Assembly: GCA_964016885.1 (NCBI GenBank)
Contig: OZ024758.1
Span: 30,380,001 to 30,444,000 of the forward strand
DNA from: Eledone cirrhosa
Taxonomy: Eukaryota
Direction of reading: 5' to 3'
Length of the DNA stretch: 64,000 bases
Positions 33,630 to 45,240 of the stretch are shown here, piece by piece; the stretch's first letter is position 1, and each line of letters opens with the position of its first letter. The notes under the pieces are model-generated. The model worked only from the letters and a program-made list of their open reading frames with translations. It was not told the DNA's origin and ran no database searches. Position numbers and translations under genes: made by a program.

Positions 33630-33996
33630 GTTGGATGTACAATGTCAATGTGCGTCAACGACCAAGCATGGACGAGTTGAGAAAGAAACTGGGTATAAGA
33701 GGGATAAGTTGTGGTGTGCAGGAGAGAAGGCTGAGATGGTATGGACATGTGATGCGTATGGAGGATGACCGATGGGTGAAGAAGTGCCAGGAAGTTCCAG
33801 TGGAGGGAAGACACAGTAGAGGTAGACCACGAAAAACATGGGTGGAGGTGGTGAGAACAGACCTCAGATCACTGAAACTCACGGAGGAGATGACGAAGGA
33901 CCGTGACGGGTGGAGAGATGCTGTGCTGAATAGGACCCGTCCAACCCTTGCAAGCATGGAAAAGCGGACGTAAAATGATGATGATGATGATGATGA
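33630..33996 (+). mobile_element. RTE 3' fragment
   Basis: RRLRWYGHVMRMEDDRWVKKC...RGRPRKTW followed by (GAT)n. Confidence 0.85.
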
Positions 33997-34131
33997 TATA
34001 TGTATATATATTTGCAGTAAGGTTGCTAGGATGTGTCCATAGGCGGTATGCCAATTGAGCACTCTATGCTCCTTCGGAGTATAATGATGATAATATGGAA
34101 AATGAAAGCGGATTTGCTTAGAAATCACTAG

Positions 34132-34220
34132 ACGTATCTGAGGAACTTGCGAATCCAGAGTCAGGTTCGATCCCCAGATCACACCTCAAGCTGTTTGCCG
34201 GAGAAACAATTGTAATACGT
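34132..34220 (+). ncRNA. Type I hammerhead ribozyme motif with extended stem II
   Basis: Perfect 6-bp stem I ACGUAU/AUACGU, CUGAGGA, ~58-nt stem II region, GAA, palindromic stem III ACAAUUGU, GUA cleavage triplet, followed by AATAAA. Confidence 0.7.
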
Positions 34221-34289
34221 AATAAATTGTGTTCCGAATCATCACTGATTCTTCATTTTCCATATTATATATATACATATACATATACA

Positions 34290-34957
34290 TAAAAGCATAA
34301 ACGAACTAAGGGAAAAATTAGAAATAAGAGGGATCAGATGTTGTTTACTCGAGAGAAGGCTACATTGGTATGGTCACATGATGCGCATGAAAGACGACAG
34401 CTGTATAAAAATAGACGGTAGCCACGGAGTAGGCAGACCGAGAAAAACCTGGGACGACCTGATAAATTCCGACCTCACACACTTACACCTCTCCAAGACA
34501 ATGTCACTGGACCGAGACCTTTGGCACTACACAGTAATACAGAAGACCCGCCTTACCTAAATACAAAGTGAAACCTACTACAGTCAGTAGGCACCTCTAA
34601 CAAAATACACCCCCATCCCACTACCCCCGTCCCATCCACACCACCCCTTTCAATGTAAAGTTATGTTGGTACCACAACATCCAGGCCGAAACAAATGAGG
34701 TCGTGTAGGTGTCACGACAAAAAAAACACACAGTCCACGCTGTAATGTGGCCGTGTAGGCAACACGGTAAAAACCTCCCAGTTCCACACTGTAAATGTGG
34801 TTGGTGTTAGGAAGGGCATCCAGCTGTAGAAAACCAGCCAGACAGTCCTATACGATCAAGACAACCACTCTTGCCTCAAGTGGGAAAACTCCCGTCCAAA
34901 CCCATGCAAGCGTGGAATATGGACGTTAAACGATGATGATGATGATGATGATGATGA
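34290..34957 (+). mobile_element. 5'-truncated RTE, same family as 55788-58965
   Basis: Aligns with 58283-58965, including the 3' UTR and (GAT)n tail. Confidence 0.85.
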
Positions 34958-35018
34958 TATACACACACACACACACACTCACATTCAGAGAAAGAAAGAG
35001 AGAGTTTTTTAAACCTAC

Positions 35019-35186
35019 CCAATGTTTCCGGTCCACATCTTCATCAGCATCCCACTTACGAGTTAAAAATGGATGTTTTTCACTTATAATTTCACCGTCG
35101 AAAAATGTTGTAAGTATTGGATATTCCTCTGTGAGGCCTTTGATCTTCAGATAGCCACACAGATAGGCATTCTTTAGATCAACATA
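35019..35186 (-). CDS. GID4: GID4 (Vid24 family, GID/CTLH substrate receptor), internal coding exon, 168 nt, phase 0/0
   Basis: Translates to [56 protein letters not shown], closely matching vertebrate GID4 as recalled. Boundaries ataacag| and |gtaggt. Confidence 0.96.
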
Positions 35187-35260
35187 CTGTTATAAATATA
35201 TAATAGATATTTAGAAAGTTAAATTGAAAAACTCAATGACATTCAAAAATCAATAAGAAA

Positions 35261-38007
35261 GAGAGTGAGATAGATAAGATATACTGAGTGAGAGTGAGAT
35301 AGATAAGATATACTGAGTGAGAGTGAGGTAGATAAGATATACTGAGTGAGAGTGAGATAGATAAGATATACTGAGTGAGAGTGAGATAGATAAGATATAT
35401 TGAGTGAGAGTGAGATAGATAAGATATACTGAGTGAGAGTGAGATAGATAAGATATACTGAGTGAGAGTGAGATAGATAAGATATATTGAGTGAGAGTGA
35501 GATAGATAAGAATATACTGAGTGAGAGTGAGGTAGATAAGATATATTGAGTGAGAGTGAGATAGATAAGATATATTGAGTGAGAGTGAGATAGATAAGAA
35601 TATACTGAGTGAGAGTGAGGTAGATAAGATATATTGAGTGAGAGTGAGATAGATAAGATATATTGAGTGAGAGTGAGATAGATAAGATATATTGAGTGAG
35701 AGTGAGATAGATAAGATATACTGAGTGAGAGTGAGATAGATAAGATATACTGAGTGAGAGTGAGATAGATAAGATATATTGAGTGAGAGTGAGATAGATA
35801 AGATATATTGAGTGAGAGTAAGGTAGATAAGATATACTGAGTGAGAGTGAGGTAGATAAGATATACTGAGTGAGAGTGAGATAGATAAGATATATTGAGT
35901 GAGAGTGAGATAGATAAGAATATACTGAGTGAGAGTGAGATAGATAAGATATACTGAGTGAGAGTGAGATAGATAAGATATACTGAGTGAGAGTGAGATA
36001 GATAAGAATATACTGAGTGAGAGTGAGATAGATAAGAATATACTGAGTGAGAGTGAGATAGATAAGATATATTGAGTGAGAGTGAGATAGATAAGATATA
36101 TTGAGTGAGAGTAAGGTAGATAAGATATACTGAGTGAGAGTGAGGTAGATAAGATATACTGAGTGAGAGTGAGATAGATAAGATATACTGAGTGAGAGTG
36201 AGATAGATAAGAATATACTGAGTGAGAGTGAGATAGATAAGATATATTGAGTGAGAGTGAGATAGATAAGAATATACTGAGTGAGAGTGAGGTAGATAAG
36301 ATATATTGAGTGAGAGTGAGATAGATAAGAATATACTGAGTGAGAGTGAGATAGATAAGAATATACTGAGTGAGAGTGAGATAGATAAGATATATTGAGT
36401 GAGAGTAAGGTAGATAAGATATACTGAGTGAGAGTGAGGTAGATAAGATATACTGAGTGAGAGTGATATAGATAAGAATATACTGAGTGAGAGTGAGGTA
36501 GATAAGATATATTGAGTGAGAGTGAGATGGATAAGATATACTGAGTGAGAGTGAGATAGATAAGATATACTGAGTGAGAGTGAGATAGATAAGATATATT
36601 GAGTGAGTGTAAGATAGATAAGATATACTGAGTGAGAGTGAGATAGATAAGATATACTGAGTGAGAGTAAGATAGATAAGATATACTGAGTGAGAGTGAG
36701 ATAGATAAGATATACTGAGTGAGAGTGAGATAGATAAGATATACTGAGTGAGAGTGAGATAGATAAGATATATTGAGTGAGTGTGAGATAGATAAGAATA
36801 TACTGAGTGAGAGTGAGATAGAGAAGAATATACTGAGTGAGAGTGAGATAGATAAGATATATTGAGTGAGAGTGAGATAGATAAGATATACTGAGTGAGA
36901 GTGAGATAGATAAGAATATACTGAGTGAGAGTGAGATAGATAAGATATATTGAGTGAGAGTGAGATAGATAAGAATATACTGAGTGAGAGTGAGATAGAT
37001 AAGATATATTGAGTGAGAGTGAGATAGATAAGAATATACTGAGTGAGAGTGAGATAGATAAGATATATTGAGTGGGAGTGAGATAGATAAGAATATACTG
37101 AGTGAGAGTGAGATAGATAAGATATATTGAGTGAGAGTGAGATAGATAAGAATATACTGAGTGAGAGTGAGATAGATAAGATATATTGAGTGAGAGTGAG
37201 ATAGATAAGAATATACTGAGTGAGAGTGAGATAGATAAGATATATTGAGTGAGAGTGAGATAGATAAGAATATACTGAGTGAGAGTGAGATAAATAAGAT
37301 ATACTGAGTGAGAGTGAGATAGATAAGAATATACTGAGTGAGAGTAATAAGATATACTGAGTGAGAGTGAGATAGATAAGATATATTGAGTGAGAGTGAG
37401 ATAGATAAGAATATACTGAGTGAGAGTGAGATAGATAAGATATATTGAGTGAGAGTGAGATAGATAAGAATATACTGAGTGAGAGTGAGATAGATAAGAT
37501 ATATTGAGTGAGAGTGAGATAGATAAGAATATACTGAGTGAGAGTGAGATAGATAAGATATATTGAGTGAGAGTGAGATAGATAAGAATATACTGAGTGA
37601 GAGTGAGATAAATAAGATATACTGAGTGAGAGTGAGATAGATAAGATATATTGAGTGAGAGTGAGATAGATAAGAATATACTGAGTGAGAGTGAGATAGA
37701 TAAGATATATTGAGTGAGAGTGAGATAGATAAGATATACTGAGTGAGAGTGAGATAGATAAGAATATACTGAGTGAGAGTGAGATAGATAAGAATATACT
37801 GAGTGAGAGTGAGATAGATAAGAATATACTGAGTGAGAGTGAGATAGATAAGAATATACTGAGTGAGAGTGAGATAGATAAGAATATACTGAGTGAGAGT
37901 GAGATAGAGATAGATAAGATATACTGAGTGAGAGTGAGATAGATAAGAATATACTGAGTGAGAGTGAGATAGAGATAGATAAGATATACTGAGTGAGAGT
38001 GAGATAG
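35261..38007. repeat. 29/30-bp tandem repeat (GAGTGAGAGTGAGATAGATAAG(A)ATATAYT), roughly 90-95 copies
   Basis: Direct inspection. Lies in the GID4 intron ~75 bp from the acceptor of the 35186 exon. Confidence 0.97.
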
Positions 38008-38059
38008 AAAGAGGGATAGATAGAGAATAAACAAATGAAAGATAAAGAGTGAGGAAGAT

Positions 38060-38244
38060 ATACGAGAGTAGGCTGAAAAGTTCATAGTCAGCCTATGAAC
38101 TTTTCAGCCTAATCTCGTATATCTTCCTCATTCTTTATTAACTACATTATTTCTTTCTAGGGACTACATTGAAAAATAAACCACATTTGGTCATTCCATG
38201 AGAGTATCTTGGTCAGCCTATCAATGTTTTAGCCAACTCTTGTA
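38060..38244. mobile_element. Mariner-type MITE remnant with a foldback
   Basis: TA-CGAGAGTAGGCTGAAAAGTTCATAG terminal repeat, with inverse copies at 38093-38119 and about 38215-38244. Confidence 0.6.
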
Positions 38245-38331
38245 GATAGAGGACCTAGTGGCTGTGACTACATGAGAAATTCTGTTTTGTGTTTGGTGGT
38301 GCTGTGTTACTTTTCCTTCAATTTCTGTCCT

Positions 38332-41300
38332 TTAACCCTTTAACATTTACATTACTCTATATTTAGTAACATTTACATTACTCTATATTTAGTAACATTT
38401 ACATTACTCTATATTTAGTAACATTTACATTACTCTATATTTAGTAACATTTACACTACTCTATATTTACATTACTCTATATTTAGTGACATTTACACTA
38501 CTCTATATTTAGTAACATTTACATTACTCTATATTTAGTAACATTTACATTACTCTATATTTAGTAACATCTACATTACTCTATATTTAGTAACATCTAC
38601 ATTACTCTATATTTAGTAACATTTACATTACTCTATATTTAGTAACATTTACATTACTCTATATTTAGTAACTTTACATTACTCTATATTTAGTAACATC
38701 TACATTACTCTATATTTAGTAACATTTACATTACTCTATATTTAGTAACATTTACATTACTCTATATTTAGTAACATCTACATTACTCTATATTTAGTAA
38801 CATTTACACTACTCTATATTTACATTACTCTATATTTAGTAACATCTACATTACTCTATATTTAGTAACATTTACATTACTCTATATTTAGTGACATTTG
38901 CATTACTCTATATTTAGTAACATTTACATTACTCTATATTTAGTAACATTTGCATTACTCTATATTTAGTAACATTTACATTACTCTATATTTAGTAACA
39001 TTTACATTACTCTATATTTAGTAACATTTACATTACTCTATATTTAGTAACATTTACATTACTCTATATTTAGTAACATTTACATTACTCTATATTTAGT
39101 AACATTTACATTACTCTATATTTAGTAACATTTACATTACTCTATATTTAGTGACATTTACATTACTCTATATTTAGTGACATTTGCATTACTCTATATT
39201 TAGTGACATTTGCATTACTCTATATTTAGTAACATTTACATTACTCTATATTTAGTAACATTTACATTACTCTATATTTACATTACTCTATATTTAGTAA
39301 CATTTACATTACTCTATATTTAGTGACATTTGCATTACTCTATATTTAGTAACATTTACATTACTCTATATTTAGTGACATTTGCATTACTCTATATTTA
39401 GTAACATTTACATTACTCTATATTTAGTGACATTTGCATTACTCTATATTTAGTAACATTTACATTACTCTATATTTAGTAACATTTACATTACTCTATA
39501 TTTACATTACTCTATATTTAGTAACATTTACATTACTCTATATTTAGTGACATTTGCATTACTCTATATTTAGTAACATTTACATTACTCTATATTTAGT
39601 GACATTTGCATTACTCTATATTTAGTAACATTTACATTACTCTATATTTACATTACTCTATATTTAGTAACATTTACATTACTCTATATTTAGTAACATT
39701 TACATTACTCTATATTTAGTAACATTTACATTACTCTATATTTAGTAACATTTATATTACTCTATATTTAGTAACATTGACATTACTCTATATTTACATT
39801 ACTCTATATTTAGTAACATTTACATTACTCTATATTTAGTAACATTTACATTACTCTATATTTAGTAACATTTACATTACTCTATATTTAGTAACATTTA
39901 CACTACTCTATATTTAGTAACATTTACACTACTCTATATTTAGTAACATTTACATTACTCTATATTTAGTAACATTTACATTACTCTATATTTAGTGACA
40001 TTTGCATTACTCTATATTTAGTAACATTTACATTACTCTATATTTAGTAACATTTACATTACTCTATATTTAGTAACATTTACATTACTCTATATTTAGT
40101 AACATTTACATTACTCTATATTTAGTAACATTTACACTACTCTATATTTACATTACTCTATATTTAGTAACATTTACATTACTCTATATTTAGCAACATT
40201 TACATTACTCTATATTTAGTAACATTTACATTACTCTATATTTAGTAACATTTACACTACTCTATATTTAGTAACATTTACACTACTCTATATTTAGTAA
40301 CATTTACATTACTCTATATTTAGTAACATCTACATTACTCTATATTTAGTAACATCTACATTACTCTATATTTAGTAACATTTACATTACTCTATATTTA
40401 GTAACATCTACATTACTCTATATTTACATTACTCTATATTTAGTAACATTTACATTACTCTATATTTAGTAACATTTACATTACTCTATATTTAGTAACA
40501 TTTACACTACTCTATATTTAGTAACATTTACACTACTCTATATTTAGTAACATTTACATTACTCTATATTTAGTAACATTTACATTACTCTATATTTAGT
40601 GACATTTGCATTACTCTATATTTAGTAACATTTACATTACTCTATATTTAGTGACATTTGCATTACTCTATATTTAGTGACATTTGCATTACTCTATATT
40701 TAGTAACATTTACATTACTCTATATTTAGTAACATTTACATTACTCTATATTTAGTAACATTTACATTACTCTATATTTAGCAACATTTACATTACTCTA
40801 TATTTAGTAACATTTACATTACTCTATATTTAGTAACATTTACACTACTCTATATTTACATTACTCTATATTTAGTAACATTTACATTACTCTATATTTA
40901 GTAACATCTACATTACTCTATATTTAGTAACATTTACATTACTCTATATTTAGTAACATTTACATTACTCTATATTTAGTGACATTTACATTACTCTATA
41001 TTTATTAACATTTACATTACTCTATATTTAGTAACATTTACACTACTCTATATTTACATTACTCTATATTTAGTAACATTTGCATTACTCTATATTTAGT
41101 AACATCTACATTACTCTATATTTAGTAACATTTACATTACTCTATATTTAGTAACATCTACATTACTCTATATTTAGTAACATTTACATTACTCTATATT
41201 TAGTAACATTTACATTACTCTATATTTAGCAACATTTACATTACTCTATATTTAGTAACATTTACATTACTCTATATTTAGTAACATTTACATTACTCTA

Positions 41301-43282
41301 TATTTAGTAACATCTACATTACTCTATATTTAGTAACATTTACATTACTCTATATTTAGTAACATTTACATTACTCTATATTTAGTGACATTTACATTAC
41401 TCTATATTTATTAACATTTACATTACTCTATATTTAGTAACATTTACACTACTCTATATTTACATTACTCTATATTTAGTAACATTTGCATTACTCTATA
41501 TTTAGTAACATCTACATTACTCTATATTTAGTAACATTTACATTACTCTATATTTAGTAACATTTACACTACTCTATATTTACATTACTCTATATTTAGT
41601 AACATTTACATTACTCTATATTTAGTAACATTTACATTACTCTATATTTAGCAACATTTACATTACTCTATATTTAGTAACATTTACATTACTCTATATT
41701 TAGTAACATTTACATTACTCTATATTTACATTACTCTATATTTAGTAACATTTACATTACTCTATATTTAGTAACATCTACATTACTCTATATTTAGTAA
41801 CATTTACATTACTCTATATTTAGTAACATTTACATTACTCTATATTTAGTGACATTTACATTACTCTATATTTATTAACATTTACATTACTCTATATTTA
41901 GTAACATTTACACTACTCTATATTTACATTACTCTATATTTAGTAACATTTGCATTACTCTATATTTAGTAACATCTACATTACTCTATATTTAGTAACA
42001 TTTACATTACTCTATATTTAGTAACATTTACATTACTCTATACTTAGTGACATTTGCATTACTCTATATTTAGTAACATTTACACTACTCTATATTTACA
42101 TTACTCTATATTTAGTAACATTTACATTACTCTATATTTACATTACTCTATATTTAGTAACATTTACATTACTCTATATTTAGTGACATTTGCATTACTC
42201 TATATTTAGTAACATCTACATTACTCTATATTTAGTAACATTTACATTACTCTATATTTAGTAACATTTACATTACTCTATATTTAGTAACATTTACATT
42301 ACTCTATATTTAGTAACATCTACATTACTCTATATTTAGTGACATTTGCATTACTCTATATTTAGTAACATCTACATTACTCTATATTTAGTAACATCTA
42401 CATTACTCTATATTTAGTAACATTTACATTACTCTATATTTAGTAACATCTACATTACTCTATATTTAGTAACATTTACATTACTCTATATTTAGTAACA
42501 TTTACATTACTCTATATTTAGTAACATTTACATTACTCTATATTTAGTGACATTTGCATTACTCTATATTTAGTAACATTTACATTACTCTATATTTAGT
42601 GACATTTGCATTACTCTATATTTAGTAACATTTACATTACTCTATATTTAGTAACATTTGCATTACTCTATATTTAGTAACATTTGCATTACTCTATATT
42701 TAGTAACATTTGCATTACTCTATATTTAGTAACATTTACATTACTCTATATTTAGTAACATTTACATTACTCTATATTTACATTACTCTATATTTAGTAA
42801 CATTTACATTACTCTATATTTAGTAACATTTACATTACTCTATATTTAGTAACATTTACATTACTCTATATTTAGTAACATTTACATTACTCTATATTTA
42901 GTAACATTTACATTACTCTATATGTAGTAACATTTACATTACTCTATATTTACATTACTCTATATTTAGTAACATTTACATTACTCTATATTTAGTAACA
43001 TTTACATTACTCTATATTTACATTACTCTATATTTAGTAACATTTACATTACTCTATATGTAGTAACATTTACATTACTCTATATTTATATTACTCTATA
43101 TTTAGTAACATTTACATTACTCTATATTTACTATGTATTTTTACGGTAAAGGTTTTATCTCACATATCGAATCTGAGATTTTGATATTATTTATTTTGAG
43201 AACAATACCTTAACATCAGTATGAGCAGTCAGTTATAACCGGTTTGAACAGAAAGAGGTGAGAGAACTATGGCTGGATAAGG
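38332..43282 (-). mobile_element. piggyBac-type MITE with its subterminal 26 bp expanded into a satellite
   Basis: Starts ttaaccctttaacatttacattactctatattta, identical to 44059. The MITE body resumes at about 43130. Confidence 0.85.
38341..43130. repeat. 26-bp tandem repeat (AACATTTACATTACTCTATATTTAGT), roughly 185 copies
   Basis: Period counted directly. Variants gacatttgc, catctac, cactac and shortened units. Confidence 0.97.
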
Positions 43283-43718
43283 GCTAGACAAGCCTTTCAT
43301 GCATTCTTGGGCAAGACAGATTAGCGAATAGTATGCCACCAGTTTTTGTGATCAAAGGCTATGGTAGACCACTGGCTATGGTTAATGTTACATTCAGCAA
43401 GGGTTTTCTTTAGAGAGCCTTTAAACCTTTTTTTGGTGGGGGGAGGTGCATCTCTGTCACAGTGGCCAGTGGGGAGTTGGCCTTCAACACAATCTTGGGA
43501 AGGTGATGATCCTCTCAATTCCAGAAACATGCCCTTCCCAGTACAGTTCTATGATTAACAACAATAACCTTGGTGCTGACGACCTTGACCTGATTTTGGA
43601 AATTTGGTTGTTATTACCAGGTTGAGAAACCATCTAGTGACTCCCAAATAGCTCAATTAAATGGGGTGGAGTGAATTGAGTGAGCTGCTGCCATAGTAAC
43701 TGTTATATTTATTGAAGG

Positions 43719-43904
43719 GCAGCGGATTGGCAGTATTGGTAGAGTGTCAGACACCATTTTTGCAGCATAGAGTTATGGCCCTATACGTTTTGGGTTCAAA
43801 TTCCACTGATGACAACTTTGCCTTTCATCCTTACGAAGTCGATAAAATAAAGTACCAGTAATACACTGGGGTAATTGCTGGCCTTGTGCCAAAAGTAGAA
43901 ACAA
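43719..43904 (+). mobile_element. SINE family A with 16-bp TSD; further copies at 5095, 5870, 6290, 20385(-), 30195, 46830, 47570, 48545
   Basis: TSD ttatatttattgaagg at 43703-43718 and 43905-43920. Confidence 0.85.
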
Positions 43905-44499
43905 TTATATTTATTGAAGGTTGCACAGTAAATAGTATGATTACTGCATCTTCAACTGTCTTTTTAGTATTAAGGGCTTTAGACAGACAACCCATTTCTG
44001 AGTGTCCAATAGGGCAGTCTTTTCTAGGAGAGCAAATTGTACTTTGCAGTCTATTTGCTTAACCCTTTAACATTTACATTACTCTATATTTACTATTGTA
44101 TTTTTGTGGTAAAGGCTTTATCTCACATAATATTGAATCTTCAAGAGTTTGATGTTATTTATTTTGAGAACAATACCTTAACAGAAGCATAAGTGGCCAG
44201 CTACAGCCAGTTTGAACAGAACAAGGTGAGAGAATTCTGGCCGGTTTAAATGCTAAAGGGTTAAACCGGTCAGAATTCTCTCACCTGTTGACACTGGCCA
44301 TAACTGGTTTCTCAAATCTATGTTAGGATATTGTTCTCAAAATAAATAATATCAAAATCTCGTAAGTTCGATATTATGCAAGATAATTTTGTTAGATAAA
44401 GAGTTTACCATGAAAATACAATAATAAATATAGAGTAATTTAAATGCTAAAGGATTAAGATACCTTCTGAGTTTTAGAGGCATCAGGCTCGTGACAATT

Positions 44500-44620
44500 G
44501 AGATTATTTTGATGTTGTAATTCAATGGTCAAGTCAGTATGTTTTGGTCTCCTGGGATGGTAAAATCAATAATCTAACATTCACACCTATTTTTCTGCAT
44601 TATTACAATATCATGCCTGG
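44500..44620 (-). mobile_element. Small Dong/R4 RLE remnant
   Basis: RHDIVIMQKNRCEC*IIDFTIPGD resembles the RPD...IID RLE motif. Confidence 0.45.
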
Positions 44621-44890
44621 GTTGGACAGGATATATAAACTCAATGATTGTGTGATGTAAAACTAGGATGTTGATAAGGAAGATACAGTCAGATTTTTGA
44701 TTGAATCTCATATAAGATATTATAACCCTTTAGTATTTAAACCGGCTATATCCAACCAGAATTCTCTCACCTCTTTCTGTTCATACTGATGTTAAGGTAT
44801 TGTTCTGAAAATAAGTAATATCAAAATCTTATAGATTCAATATTATGTGAAGTAAAAGCCTTTACCATGAAAATATAATTGTAAATATAT

Positions 44891-45240
44891 GGAGGCACAT
44901 GGCTTAGTGGTTAGAGCATTGGCCTTGCAATCGAAAGGTTGTGAGTTCAATTCTCAGACCGGGTGATGTGTTGTTTCCTTGAGCAAGACACTTTATTTCA
45001 CATTGCTCCAGTTTACTCAGCTGTAGAAATGAGACGATAGGGACTGGGGTCCATATCATTCCACTGCAAAGTGGATGTGGAGATGCCACGCCAAAAAAGC
45101 ACCCAGCACTCACTGTAAATGAGGTTGGTGTTAGGAAGGGCATCCAGCTGTAGAAATCAAGCCAGAATCAGTTCCCGTCCCACCCTTGCAAGCAGGGAAA
45201 AGTGGACGTAAGATGAAATGAAATGATGAAATGAAAATGA
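44891..45240 (+). mobile_element. CORE-like SINE with RTE-type 3' tail; near-identical inverted copy at 61280-61613
   Basis: ggaggcacatggcttagtggttagagc head, CORE-like centre, and tail gttggtgttaggaagggcatccagctg...ggacgtaa shared with RTE 3' UTRs. Confidence 0.85.

Noticed and set aside
35233-38085. 950-aa minus-strand ORF
   Set aside because: Arises from the stop-poor 29/30-bp tandem repeat, cycles through frames, and is intronic.
38341-43130. CRISPR-like appearance of the 26-bp array (also the 29-, 38- and 42-bp arrays)
   Set aside because: No unique spacers, no cas genes, eukaryotic intron context.
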